Below, piece after piece: positions 24,557-39,255 of a stretch of 45,750 bases of DNA (position 1 is its first letter; every line of letters begins with the position of its first letter). Made by a program: the position numbers and the translations under genes. Below the pieces are notes generated by a model. It was not told the origin of the DNA, made no database searches, and saw nothing but the letters and a program-made list of their open reading frames with translations. This stretch comes from Seison nebaliae (lineage: Eukaryota), in the NCBI GenBank assembly GCA_023231475.1, contig JALJEE010001529.1:1-45750 (forward strand), read 5' to 3'.

Positions 24557-27500
24557 TCAATCATGTCTTTTCTTCGAATGATCACTCGATTCTCTATCTC
24601 GGTGATGATGATGATAATGATGATTATCAGGATGACGAGACTTCACTATTGTTGGTGGTGATTTCTTCGAACTAGAACTGGAATTGTCTACAGAATGACC
24701 TTCCGAAATTCTTGAATCATCTGATCGATTTCCATTCTGTACTGAAGAATAATCATTGCCATTATGATTCTTATTTGCCGAAGTACTATTACTACTATTG
24801 AAACTATTATACTTCGAATCATGATTCCCACCATAACTTCCACTCGATTCCACATTACTTCTTTTCGCATCTCTCGTTGGTGATGATTTCTTTGGTTTGT
24901 GATTGCCTGAATCTTTACCAAAATTGAAAAAGTGAAATAGAGAAGAGAAATGAACTTGACAGGTCATTATCATGAGTAATTCTCTTCGATGGACTATCGT
25001 TGTTAGGCATATGTCGTTTTCTATCTAAACTTCTAATTTGATCCGCCTTTAATGAAAGAAGAAATGAATAAATGGAACAACTTGATAGGAACATCTGGAC
25101 AACTTACTTCAGTCTTCTTAGTACTGTATCGTAACGAGAAATGAAAAAAAATTTTTGAAAATTTTAACAAAACAAAACTTGTCCAAAGAATATTTTTGAT
25201 TTTTCTTCAACGATTGATCGACCGTCTAAAAATATTTAAATATTAATATGAATGAAATAAATGAATTAAACATGCAATTCACATTCTTCTATCATATGCT
25301 CTTCTCTCGATTTCAATAATCCCAAATAAGAGAGTGAAAGTGCATATAAATCTTTCCGTTTATCCTTCTCCGCATCATTGATTGCTTTCACTCTCAATTC
25401 GATATGTGTATAATGTGATTTGAGGATTGGGAAATTTTTGATAATCTGATATGTATAAAAGTGAAAAAGAAAGAAATTAAAATTTCAATTCAAAATTTTC
25501 TTATATAAAAAAAAACTTTTGTTAAAATGATGACAGAATTGCGAATTGGCATAAATTCATTTGATGCTAATAAAACGATAATAGCCTAAATACATTAAAA
25601 ATAAATTATAAATATAAGAAAAGAAAGAAGAATGAACTTTCGCTAATTTAAAATGCCATTTATTCACCACATGTCGATAATTCTCATAATCTAATTCTTG
25701 TTGTTGATGAGCTGTATCGCTGGCATGAGGTTTCTTGAAAACGGTTAAAAATCCAGGAAATCCACTACACTCCTTTTTATAGACAACTGGATCACCATGA
25801 CGTTCCATAGCAGTATGGAGAAGGACACTGAGGAAAGTGCCAAAACGATTTGCTTCATTTTCACTCAATCCAAGAATTATAGGATAAATAGAATCGCAAA
25901 ATATTCGATCATAACATACGATAGTCGTGAAATTTTTCGTTTCTAATTGATGAATAAGATTGATCATTTTAGCACAATAAACTGCATCAACCATCGTATA
26001 ACGACATCGAGGAAATATGCAATAATGTAATAATTCTGATATAGTTTCTGTTGATTTCTGATGATTCAAATCAGGAAACCAATTATGACAATCTTTCTTT
26101 AATCGTTGACGAACCATCGTCACATGACGATGTTGTTGATCTTCTTCAATTTGAAGTTGATCAATCGAATGTTGTAGACGTTCACGTTCTCTTTTTCTAC
26201 GATTATGTGTATCATTCGATTCCAATTGTTTTAATTGTCCTTTCAATTGTTGATGAACTGAACGATATGCCGATTGAGGATATTCGATATCATACATAGT
26301 TAATGTCCAAAAAGTTGTGAAAAAATGAGGAGCGATATCATTCCATTTACGATCAGGCATAATTGAAATTGTTGTTGTTAACTGATTAATAATATTCGAT
26401 GATGCTTTCATATATAATTCGATGTGACTCTCATCATTTGAATTGACAGATAATAATTTATTATATTCTTTCTCGATCGCATGTGAATACATTGGTCTAG
26501 TCAAATGGAATGCAGCATCGATAGAAATCTGATATTTTTCCATAATTTCTGTAACGGATGGAAATAGTCGAACATATTCTTCCGTCGATAATGACGACAT
26601 AAGAAATGTAGTGAATTGAGTTAACGTATCTTGAGCTTGATCGAACAACGAACTCAATAACTTCAATGGACGTCGATCTTCTTTTTGTTGAAAGAGAATG
26701 GCATTCCTCTCCTGTGCCATCAAGAAACAAAGAGGAACAATAAATTTATTTTGGAGTAAAACATCTTTTATTCGATTAGCATCTCGTCGAACATTTTTTA
26801 TTTGAATGAAATTTGCACCTTCTTGTCGCAAAATATCTCCTCCATATAAACACGTCAATTGTTGTTCATTGATTGATTCGTTTAATTCCACACCACAAAC
26901 TCGTTGAATCAATTCACGTAAAATGAACAAATCATAAGAATTGTGTTGTTTCAATTGATTGATGATATATTGGAATACTGGGGTAGTATCAAAATTGTAT
27001 CTTTTCATAATTTGTGCGATGAATGTGGCAAGTGATTGTAACCATCTTGCCAATGAACATTCGTCATGTTTCGATAATGTATTCCCCGAATCAGATAATG
27101 TGACGAGTAGAAGATAAATGAGAATATCATAAGAAAGTGGATTGAGGAATTTGACAGCGTCAACAACTGGCATAATTAAATTGTCATATTGTTTAATTTG
27201 AGAGACGATATAAGCGAAAACGATAATCGGATTCGAATGACTTAATTTACCAATTTGACGTCCCTTATTTCTTACATTATCCTTCGTCAATCGTTGCATT
27301 GTGGCACGAGTGAAATTAATAATAGAACGACGAACAAATATCAAATCTATCGAATTATGATATGTTTTCCGTTTCCATTCACCATATATACGGAATCGTA
27401 TGTGATAAGGATAATATTTCAATACATCCCAAATACTTAACGCGAGTGATGTATTCGTTCCACATAAGGAGAGTGATGGTAAAACACAACAATCAAGTAT

Positions 27501-29633
27501 GGTGATTGTAGTGTAGTACATGGTAGATGGTGGTGGTGGTGATGATCTTTTATCTTTCCCTTCCTCTTGACATTTCTTCAAAATATTCAATAAATTATAA
27601 AGAACTCGAATATTCCTGATGAGACCACAACCGATATGTTGTAGAATTGGAAGAACCGATTCTTCAAAATCAGAATAAGAATTAAGAACAATTTGTTTGT
27701 CAAGACATTTTTCATTTAATCTCTTCACGGAAATCTTCCCATTCGATACTCCACTATTCGAATTAGATATAATTGATGATAATGAAGTGTTTGATGGTGA
27801 TGATGTTGAATCGTTTTCATCATTCATGGAAATATCTTCAGATGCTGGAACTTCTTCTCGCTTCTCTCTCGACGAATACCAATTGTCAATACTTTCTTTC
27901 GATTTACCATAAAATTGTATATTTCCATTCTTCATTCTCTTCTCACCGGTCGATAGGAATGAGGAATAAGCAGCACGGTTATTTGGTACATGACTATTAG
28001 CGAACTCTTTCAATGGTTCTTCGATCATCATTGTCATTAGATCGATAGTGAGAGAACAATGACTAACGAAATTTGGTGGGAATACGGTAGAGAGAAGATG
28101 TTTACTTTTCGACCAATCTCTTAAATACAGAAATGCATTTAATAATCCCAATCGTTGATTTATTAAAGGAGAAAATAATGATAATGGATCATCCATTTCG
28201 ATTCTTTCCGTTGGAACTGAATCACGAAATACTCGAAGATATTCATTAAATGATGGAATTCCTCCAGCTGCTGAATTGACGACTGTTTCATTTCCATTAT
28301 TCTCATCATTACCATTCATTGAAGTAGTAAGATCGGGTGCCTCACCACCATTTGTCGATGAAAGTGCAACATCCACATCAGATGTGAATGTTGATACTTT
28401 AATTCCAGAATTCAAATCAGCATTTTTTAATTCTTCTCTTAACATCTTCTTCAACGGATCACTTTGATTTATTGTCAAATCATCATTCATAATTACATCA
28501 CCACCACCATCATTCTTATCTTTCGACCATTCCGTCATATCTTCATTTAGTGATGGATGTAGATATGCGACGAAAGTATCCAAATCGACCATCTCTTCCA
28601 ATATCAGAAATGCAGCCAATAAATAAAGACTATAATCAGTTTTTTTTTTCATTTCGAGAATTTTCTGGAATTTGAATCCCAATAAATTCGTTATCTTTTC
28701 AACATCATTCTCACATAATCGTCTCATTAATCGAATAAATGTTTCGATGATGTTCATTGATGACGTGTCACCATAAACGTCGATATAACTGTCTAATCCA
28801 TCCAATAAAATATCGATAATACGATTTGGATCCAAATGAAAAATTCCTTTTTAAAAGAAAATTGTGAAGGAAATTAAGAGAATGCGAACCGATTAATGAT
28901 TGGATGTGATGGAGAATGATATGGAATGATTGTTCTGGAATGAATGTCAATTCCTGCATTGCCACAATTTCAGTGAGTAACTTCGCGAATCCTTCATTCT
29001 CTTCATGAAACAAATTGAATTTCTGTTGTTTATAACTGAAATTATTAGAAGAATTATTTAAACAATTTGAATTATTTTCAAAAATGAACAATAATCTCGT
29101 TTTCAATTTGATATAAGATTTAGTGAAATCTTCTTTCTTTCTTAATAGACGAACACTTTCCAAACATTCCGCATCCAATTTCTTTAAAAGATCATTGGAA
29201 TTGATTAATTTCTAATAAAAACAGTTGAATATCATATTTGAATAGAAAAATATGAGAATAACTTGATCGAGCATAAAATGAAGAATTGATGCAAATCGAT
29301 CAAGTAAAGTGAATTTATTTTGTCCTTCTTTTGATAATTGATTTGTTGTTGTCGCATCTTCCAATCCATTTTGTAGAATACGACATTCTAAAGTTTATCG
29401 AATTCAATTATCAATTTTCTACTCTCAACTAAATGAAGAACCATTCAAATAAATTGCGTCAGTTACGTCATTTGAATTGAGTGTCTATTATTTTGATAGA
29501 GAATGAAGAATGGAAAGAAGAAATCTCATGAACTAACGCCTTTTAATTGATGTAAACGATTCTTTAATTCGTCCAAACTCAATTCCTTCTCTACACACTT
29601 CTCTATCAATTCGGCTAATTGGAAACTATTCAT
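24557..29633 (-). CDS. THOC2: THO complex subunit 2; about 12 exons including one large exon (about 25640-28845)
   Basis: [126 protein letters not shown]..ILTK and KRKDLYAL. Start ATG inferred at 29633 (MNSFQLAELIEK), directly after an in-frame stop. Confidence 0.95.
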
Positions 29634-29955
29634 TTAATTTCAGGAAGTTTATAATATTCTGGTCTAATTTTATTAGACGATTACAGTGTAAGTTTTCGAA
29701 AATTTTTTGAATTTAAAATTGTCTCTTTTATCTGTTCACTGATAATTGTTATGCCATTTAACAAATTTCTCTTGTTCGAAATATCGGCTTTAAATCACTT
29801 CGAATTAATTCATTAATTTTAAAAGAGACTTAATATTTAAAAATTACTTATTTCTTCAATTGTGATCAAATGAATTTCTCATAAAAATTTTTTAGAAAAT
29901 TTTTTTTCAAAATTCATCTAAACAGCGAAACGATCAGCACCAAAGACAATAAGAG

Positions 29956-30495
29956 ATGTCGTATTTTGCTGATGATTATCTTCCATCACCAGACGAATTA
30001 GATGTTCCCTTTATCAATGTGACTTCAGGAGTGTTACGAGCAGCTGCTCCATATTTGGGGAAATATTGTGACAAGCAATGTAAAGAATTTATGTTGTGTC
30101 GTCGTGAAGAGAAGGAAGCAAGAAAATGTTTAAAAGAAAATAAAATAGTGAGTCAATGTTCTCTCAAATTCTTTCAACTATTAAAGAATAGTGAATGTGC
30201 CGATGTTTTCGAAGATCATTGGAGATGTGTTGATGATTCATATTATGGATGGCAAGAACCGTCCAGATGTCCGAGAACACGTAAAATTTTCGATAATTGC
30301 ATGAAAGAAAAATTGGGAATGGAACGACCAGAACTTGGTCACTTTTCTTTGACACGTCTTCATGAGTCGTCGAGGAAAATGCCAGTGGAGAAATCAAGAA
30401 CATTTCCTGAGAGAAATGCTGTCCCAACATTGGATCAACAAGATTCTTATCCGGAAGCAAAAATCACGTCAAAAATGGGAAATCGATTATTTTAG
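29956..30495 (+). CDS. NDUFA8: NADH dehydrogenase (ubiquinone) 1 alpha subcomplex subunit 8
   Basis: LPSPDELDVP.INVTSGVLRAAAPYLGKYCDKQCKEFMLCRREEKEARKCLKENK.VSQC; twin-Cys CX9C-type motifs; FDNCMKEKLGMERPELGHFS. Intronless. Confidence 0.95.
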   Translation: MSYFADDYLPSPDELDVPFINVTSGVLRAAAPYLGKYCDKQCKEFMLCRREEKEARKCLKENKIVSQCSLKFFQLLKNSECADVFEDHWRCVDDSYYGWQEPSRCPRTRKIFDNCMKEKLGMERPELGHFSLTRLHESSRKMPVEKSRTFPERNAVPTLDQQDSYPEAKITSKMGNRLF

Positions 30496-30623
30496 AAGAT
30501 CTAAATTTTCTAGAAAGAAAACTTTCTTAGAATTTGGTAGAAGAATGTTAGTAGAAGACAAGAGGACACAGAATTTTATTTGATTTTTATGAATAAATAA
30601 TTTTTTTTTTCGAAACATAATCA

Positions 30624-32131
30624 TCATTCTTCTTTAATCTTGTTGAACATTTCATTGATAACTCTAACGGCATTCAATACGTGACATTCTTCCACATTTG
30701 TACTCCCAATAGACATTCGAATATAATTCTTATTTTGAACGTCACAAGGCGTAACAAATATACGTCCATCTTTTTTCAATTCATCGACAAGACGAAGAGT
30801 TTCTTCGTTTTCCTTCGACCGAAAACAAATCAGCCCCATTATCGGCTCTTCCAATATTTGGAAATAACCAGTTTTTTGAATTTCTTTTGCAAATAGCTTA
30901 GCTAAATTAATGTGTTTTCTGATAGTCTCTTGAAGATGTTTAATTCCCATCATTCGTAGTACAAACCATAATTTCAACGAACGAAATCGTCGTCCTAACG
31001 GAATTTGCCATTGTCTGAAATCAGGAGCCGATTTACATTGTTCATCTGTTCGTCGGAGATAAAGTGCGTCAATTGCGAATGTACGTTCCACAATTTTCAC
31101 ATTTCTATACCAGAGAGTGGAACAATCGAAATTGACTTGAAGCCATTTGTGAGGATTAAAAACGAAAGAATCACAATTCTATCAAAAATTTATGATTTTA
31201 AAATTAAGAAAAATTAAACTTCGATTCCTTTCATTAAATATCGATATTCAGCACAAATGAAACTACTTCCTGCATAAGCAGCATCAACATGACACCAAAT
31301 TTCATATTTTTGAGAAATTTCACTTATGGATTCTAAGTCGTCGAAAGCACAAGTATTCGTTGTGCCAATTGTCCCACATACAAATATGGGAATTAATCTA
31401 TTTGATTTATCTTTCAAGATTGCTTCTTCTAATAATTTCCCGTTTAATTTTAAATCATCTCCTACTTTCACCAAATTACATTGAACTCCTGCGATTATTG
31501 TTGCTTTCTTCACAGAACAATGTGCCTTTGTATTGAGAATGTAAAAGAATGATGAAGAATTTATTAATTAGAAAAAAGAAACTTCGGAAGAACAATAAGC
31601 AACGAAATTGAGAGAAGCATTCTTTCCATATTTCCGTTTAGCTTCATCTCGTGCTACTATTAAAGCTGTCAAAGTAGCTTCACTGGCAGTACCAACAATG
31701 ATGCCTCCACCCTCTGATTTTGGTTCAGAAGAGATGAAACATTTTGGAAGGGAGATCGCTTTCGCCAACCAATCTAATACTATCACTTCTAACTCGGTAC
31801 AAGCTGGACTAGCAATCCAAGAGAAACCAATGCATGCAATTGCTGATGATAAAATATCACCACATATTCCTGGAAATGAATTGGCTGTGGGATAAAATGC
31901 AAAGAAATTCGGATGATGCCAATGAGTGATACCGGGCATAATCACCTTCTCAATATCGTCGAAAACATCTTGCCAATTCTCTTTTTCTGTTGGTGCTTCG
32001 GATGGAAGTAATGCTTTCATATATCCCGGTTCCACATTCGATATCACACGACGTTCTTCTATATTCTCCAAATAATCCGCTACGATATCAATCAAGTTTT
32101 TTGCTGCAACTCGGAATTCCTTTGCATTCAT
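30624..32131 (-). CDS. DDC: Aromatic L-amino acid (DOPA) decarboxylase, PLP-dependent group II; 3 exons
   Basis: MNAKEFR...IMPGITHWHHPNFFAFYPTANS...GFSWIASPACTELE; AHCSV; GTT.TCAFD; HVDAAYAGS; PLP-lysine motif NPHKW; WQIPLGRRFRSLKLWFV. The Gly in IPLG is DDC-type; HDC and TDC typically have Ser. Confidence 0.93.
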
Positions 32132-33687
32132 TCTGTCCAACTAAAAAATAATTTCTTCGAAAAAATCAAATAGAGAATCAGAATAAAGATCATATACATA
32201 TAAGTATAATTATTATATTATTCATATATCTCGTTCTTCAAGATGCAGAATTTCACGAAAATATTCGCAAAAGAATTTTTTCAAAATTTGGAAAGAATCA
32301 TTTTTGGATTTCTTTATTCGTTTCTTTTTGAATGGTATTTGTCGCTTCGTTCTGAAGTTCTCTTCCATTAAATGACGACATCATCTTATTTCCATAAATT
32401 CTTCTTATTTTATGTACGTATTGAGAATCGACTAAAACAATGGGAACAATATGACTATATAGAATTAACGAAATGAATAAATCATTGTCTGATGTTTAGA
32501 CTGCTCTATAACTCGAAAAAAATGCGAGAATGGTTTCTTTTGTACGAATTCAACGAATTTTGTATTATTCGAAATCGACCCTACAGCTCAAATATGGTAA
32601 CATAATAAATGAACAGTAACATCCGCACAACATCCGCACAAACCCATCAGTCTTAATAATCGATCCTATTCTTCATTAATTTTATTCCTTTAAAAATTAT
32701 TCTAATATAATAAAATAAACATTTTAAATAAGTTAACATTCTATTACTATTGAAAAACATGAAATTTATTTTATTCCAAAGTCCAATAATATTGAAAGTT
32801 CATTAAAATTGAACGATATTAAATAACTAAAATAATATAAAAGTTTAATATTGGTTTCAATAACATCATGTTTGATATGTTGGAGTTGTGTAAATTAAAC
32901 ATTGGATTTCCATTTTAATAAAAGAAAGATGATAATATTTTGAGTTTCAGGTTCAGAATTTAAATTAAACAATTCATAGTGTGATGTATAAAGACGTCTT
33001 TTCATGCGGACATATCTATAATTTCTAATTTTTTCTTTCCTGTCAAAAAAATATTATAGTTTAAATAGTTTATTTATCATTTAAAAATAAAGAAAAATAT
33101 ATTCTATTAATTCAAAATTTTAAGTTCATATTCTACTCAAAATAACATATTATTTACGGTTTTGCTTTTTTTAGTCGTGTTTGCTTCTAAGTGATTTGAT
33201 GTTAATGTTTGATAAATTGAAGATTTATATTGAAGCATTGTTAAGATAGATAAAAAATTCTTCAATTTTTCCTATTTAAAAGGAATTTTACGTAGACGTA
33301 GATTCGTTTGAAATCCTCTTCGGTTGATGTGAGATTTGGAGAAAATCGAATTTTTTACACTTTATATTTATTCATTAAATAAATAATATTTAGTAGCTCG
33401 AATTATTGTTGAATAAAGTTATTTTAATGATGAAGTTTTGTTCAAATTATCTTTGAATGAAACATGAAAATATAGAGAAATAGGAGTAAAATAAATACTG
33501 AATACAATTGAAAGATAATTAGTTGGTGGCACAGTTTCTTCTCAAACTTTTATTGACATTATATGAAGGGGATGTGTGTGAAGATTCGACATATCATTTC
33601 GAATGGATGAATGTTCGTTTCACACTTTCCCATACATATATTGAAGAGAAAAGAAATTTGTTGACGATAAAAGTAAATTGTATTATT

Positions 33688-33732
33688 TGAGTGAGTGAGT
33701 GAGTGTGTATATGTGTGTGTGTATATGTGTAT
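33688..33732 (+). repeat. Compound (GAGT)n/(GT)n microsatellite upstream of HIPK
   Basis: tgagtgagtgagtgagtgtgtatatgtgtgtgtgtatatgtgtat, read directly. Confidence 0.8.
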
Positions 33733-34344
33733 GTCGGTGTTTATGCAATGGGAATGTGAAGGAAGAACTAATGATGTCAAATTATAGTTCGGCCATGAAT
33801 TTCAATCAAGTAAGAAGATGAATAAGTGAAATGAAATGAAATAATGAAAAAAATTTATTTATTGAGTGAATAATAGAGGAGATTTTCTATGCTTCTCACA
33901 ATTGTCAGATCGTTTGATTGATTCTCTCATTGCCAACACATTCTTTATTCCACAATACATCTCATAATAAAGACAGGCGGTGGTGTAGGCGAAATCAAAA
34001 CGAACATTTATATCGATATCTCATCGACACGGCGATATGGATGGACAATGTGTTTGATTAAACTGATGGTTGACATTTAATGAGAATTAATATTGTTATG
34101 TGAGGGGAGAATTAATTGAGAAGGAATTGAATTGGTCCGTCGAATGAGAAGGAGAGAATTTTTGGAAAATTTTTCTTATTGAAAAAGAAAAGAAGAAAGT
34201 GAAAGAAAGTAAAGTTTGATTTTGGGAAGTTAGTTTTAAAAGAAAATTGTTCAAAAATGAAATAATTTCAATCCAATTATTGAGGCGAGACCGATAATAA
34301 TTCGTCGAATAAGAAAAGAAGAGAATATTGAAGGACAGATAGAC

Positions 34345-35127
34345 ATGTCCGATGACCAGATGGAGAGAGGAAATATGTTGAATGTTTCTGATGATAAAAT
34401 ATTGAAGAATAATTATATTCCTTCACAATTACTTAAATCATTTCTGGAGCAACAACAACAGCAACAGCAGCAATCATCATCATCATCATCTTCGACATCG
34501 ACATTAAATAAAAATAATTTATTAAATAATTGGAAGAATATGATGGATATGCGAGTGAATCAACCGAATAAACCAAATCAAACAGATGATTCACTTCTAT
34601 CTCAAGGAACAAAAGATCAAACGAATAATAAGAATAATAACGGTAATATGGTGGGAACGTCATCGACAAACATGAATAATAATGATTTTAATCCACCATT
34701 AAATGCTCGCGATTATCTGTTACATTTACAACAAACTGGTAATTTATCGAATAATGAAATAAATGAACGATTAAATTCTAATCGATTAATTGATGAATAT
34801 CTTGCATATGCTCTCATGCAAAATCAAGATGTATCAAATAAAAATTTAACGAATCAAACAAATCATTCAATTCATCCACATTCTCAACAACAAAAACAAT
34901 TGGAACAACAAACAAGATCAAATAATATTCCTCATCTACTCAATCAAAAACAACAGCAACAACAACAACAACAACAACAACAAGCACTTCTATTAAATAA
35001 ACAAAATCAGCCATTATCTTTCAATCAGAATAATTCAATACCATTTAATTTCATTAATAATAATAATATAAATAATAATAATAGTAACAACAACAACAAC
35101 AATAATAATAATAGTGGAATTATTTCA

Positions 35128-35160
<33 letters not shown>

Positions 35161-38100
35161 CATCATCATCATAATAATCATCCGATTAATAAACAGAATA
35201 ATAACAATAATTACATTCTCCCACATTTCAATCAACAACAGCAACAACAACATTCACAACAATATTTACCCACATCCAATTTACATTTACAACAATTTCA
35301 ATTAGCCCAACAAGCTCAACAAATCACTCAATCAAATATTCAACAGCAACAACATCAACAACATCAACAACAATCGAAACATCATCAACAATCATCGATT
35401 TCGAAAACGAATAATGAAGGAGATTATCGTTTTGAAAAGAATGAGAAATTATTTTCAGCCAATTCCTCATATCAGGTTGTAGATTATTTGGGACGTGGAA
35501 CATTCGGTCAAGTCGTCAAATGTATTAGGAAGACGATGTATAATCCGAATTATGTTGGAACGACCAATATCATTTGTCCGAATAATACGAATAATGAAGT
35601 TGTGGCAGTGAAAGTGTTGAAGAATCATCCTTCCTACATTCGACAAGGACAGATCGAAGTTAATATTTTGGCACGTCTCGCAAAAATTGACAGTAGTGAA
35701 GATTCGAATTTTATTCGACTGTTCGAAGTGTTCAATCATCGGAATCATATTTGTTTGGTTTGTGAGTTGTTGGAGATGAATTTATATGATTATTTGAAAC
35801 GGAACGAATTCGCTCCTCTTCCTCTCAAATACATTCGTCCTATGGCACAACAAATCATTGTAGCATTAGGCAAATTGAAAGAATTGCGTCTAATACATGC
35901 CGATTTGAAACCGGAGAATATCATGTTAAGTGATCCAAACCGACAACCATTTCGTATTAAAGTTATCGATTTTGGTTCCGCTAGTGACGTATCGAAAGCA
36001 GTTCCAACCACATATCTTCAATCAAGATATTATCGTGCTCCTGAAATTTTGTTGGGTCTCGAATATAACGAAGCGATTGATATGTGGTCATTGGGATGTG
36101 TTCTGGCTGAATTGTTTTTAGGATGGCCGTTATATCCGGGAAGTTCCGAGTATGATCAAGTGCGTTACATTTCTCTGACACAAGGCAAACCACCTGATCA
36201 TTTATTGCAACAAGCAACGAAAACACCAAAATTCTTCGAACCCGAATATCGTCCAAACGGAACTTTTGTTTTCCAATTGAAATCGGCATCCAAATGGAAA
36301 ATGGACACGGGACAAGAATCGAAAGAAAATCGAAAATATGTTTTCAAATCATTAGATGAGATTGCTGATGTTAACATGCCAATATTGGAGGATAATCAAC
36401 AACTGTTATTGGAAAGATATGATCGATTGTTATTAGTAGATTTGATGAAGAAAATGTTACAATTGGAACAATCGAAACGTATGACTCCATATCAAGCACT
36501 TCAACATCATTTTGTTACAATGAATCATTTCCAAGATTATATTGGTCATTCACATGTAATTGAATCATTAGAATGTATGTCAGTATGTCGAAAAAATCAT
36601 CTTTCTCTTTCACATCAAATACATCATCGTCAACAACAACAACAACAACAGCAACAACAGCAGCAAAAATTGCAACAACAATTATTATTACAACAACAAC
36701 AACAAAATCAACAATATTTAGCAACAGAACAATGTAGATCAATACAACAACAACAACAACAACAACAACCACCACAATCATTTAATATCAATTATGGAAG
36801 AGAAGAAAGAAAATATATTCCAACACAATTTGTTCGTCCAATGTTGAATATACAACCACCTCAACAATCTCAACAACAACAACAACAACAGCAGCAGCAA
36901 CAACAAATGTTGAACAACCGAAATCGACAAACAAATCAAACTTTGAATGTTCTTCATAAATTATCGGAAAAGTTATCATCATCACAATTAAAGATCAATC
37001 AGCAAAATGAATGTTTGAGAAGATCGAGGAATTTCATGCCAAATCCACCATCCAATAATGGTCAACCGATTGATGAGAGTTATAAATTAAATAAAACTTT
37101 CAATAATCCCAACATTAATTCTAACAAGAAAATACCAATGACAAATGATGAGAAATTATTGATACTTCTCACATCATCTGCATCAAACACAGTAGGTTCG
37201 ATGACTAATCCGTCATCTAACACCTCTTCCAACGTATTCAATTGTAATAAATCTATTAATCAATATAATTATCAATGGCAACAACAACAACATTTATATC
37301 AACAACATAAACTTCTCTTATCACATTTATTTAACCAACAACAACAACAACAGCAACAACAAGCGAGAATTAATCAACAATACATTCCTCTTGCTCACAA
37401 ATATTCGACTCATCATCCAAATTTCCCTCCTAATGAATTATCAACAAATCAATATCATATCCAACAAAATAATAATAATAATAATACCAACAACAACAAC
37501 AACAATAAAATTAATTCTTTAGAAGAAAAGTATCTTCCGAATATTTTACAAAATTCCAAGAGATTCCTCGAAGATTATGAGAACGAAATTAAACAAGAAA
37601 ATCTTGTGAGACAAATATTGAATTGTGATAATCGAAATTCGATGACTAATCAAAAGAAACCAAAAGATTGTATATCCATGTTCTTTGATGGAGCGAATTG
37701 TCAGAATGATAGACCTACTGATCCATCAACACCATCTCGATCATATGGTGAAACGAAAGAAGATTTATTAAGTTTATTCAAAAATATTCCACAACGTCCT
37801 TACCGACCACCATCTTCTACATCGAAAGATTCACAAATGCAAACAGGAAAATTTGACCGTCCACAGATGCCTCCGAACCAGCATGCTGCCGCCATGGCAT
37901 CAATTGCAGCCGTTGCTCTTACAACGCAAGATGACGAGCAGAAATATCGTAATATGATGGAATTGGAAGACATTTTGACAAGATTTCATCCCCCAGTACA
38001 ACCGGCAACAAATCGTTTAAATTATCAACAACAACAACATCAACAGCAGAAGGAGGAATTTGATAATAAGAAGAAATTGCATGAGCAATGGAAAATGAGA

Positions 38101-38205
38101 CAATTGTCAATTATTGAAAATTTATCATCAAATGGAAATTCATCAGGTAATGAAATTATCCCTCCCAAAAACGACAATAATTTGTTGTTAAACGATGAAT
38201 CTCAC

Positions 38206-38254
<49 letters not shown>

Positions 38255-39090
38255 TCAATCAAAACTATCCTCCGATGGTAGAAGATACAATTCCACCATC
38301 ATTATCACAACAAATTTCAACCACAACACCACCACCACCACAACAACAACAACAGCCAATACCAGAAGAGAGGAATAATATTTTTAATGATTTCATGACG
38401 AGTGTAATGACATCAAATGGAATGCAATCGAAAGGAAATTTAACATTTAGTAATAATCCTCAACGAATGTTGAGTAGTGACGAATTAGATTATCTCATTT
38501 CTCAACCTGATAATCAATCAACAATTTTGAGTATGGTAAGAAAAATGAAGATTCCAATAAGAAATACTGACACATCTACTAATCATCTCTCCACTGCTAA
38601 ATGTGTAAATGCTTCACTTACTACATCCTCAACTTTATCAACATCAACTGTCATGTCCATGACCGATAGCAATTGTGTCGGAAATGCTAATTTCAATTCA
38701 CATAAAGATAATAATAATTCAAAAACTTTGAAGAATGATGAAATTGAGGAGGAGATAGATGATATTCAAAATAAGCAACCAAACAACGATTTACCTTTCA
38801 TGAATTTGGATACATCGATGGATGAATATGAGTCGAATGGAATGAAATTGAAACAAGAGAATCAATCGCCAGTCGAAATAACGGATAAGTCATTGGAAAA
38901 GATTTTATTTCAACTCCTCAAAAATGGTAGTCCCGTTAATGAAACATCGAATAATTTATCATCAGATTCAGATATTCCAATGAAAATGGAACCGAGATCG
39001 AACGATAAAGCTGATTATGAGATGTATCCATTATTGGAGAAAGTTGTTCCATCTAATTCGAACGAATTCCAAAGATCGAAACCGGAATAA
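34345..39090 (+). CDS. HIPK: Homeodomain-interacting protein kinase, single 4.7-kb exon with extensive polyQ/polyN tracts
   Basis: EGDY..; YQVVDYLGRGTFGQVVKC; VAVKVLKNHPSYIRQGQIEV; LIHADLKPENIML.DP.RQPFRIKVIDFGSAS; TYLQSRYYRAPEILLGL; LGWPLYPGSSEYDQVRYI; SKENRKYVF. These are HIPK-specific kinase signatures. Confidence 0.96.
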
Positions 39091-39255
39091 CTTCATCTTT
39101 CATTCACTTATTCAAAAAGATTAACATTCGAACAAATCAAACAAATAATAAGATAAATTATCTGCTTGTCATATCGATCTCTTTTCAAACAGTGTTCTCT
39201 TTCAGTTTTTCTCACCATTTCCACATATTAATATCTCTAACATCAACTTAGGCAA

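Noticed and set aside
30624..32131. Functional link between DDC (catechol chemistry) and the Tyr-rich secreted cluster
   Set aside because: More than 8 kb away, separated by HIPK; DDC acts on free amino acids, so proximity alone is not evidence.
34433..38110. Antisense and alternate-frame ORFs with poly-Val/poly-Ile over HIPK
   Set aside because: Shadows of CAA and AAT triplet repeats in the HIPK reading frame.
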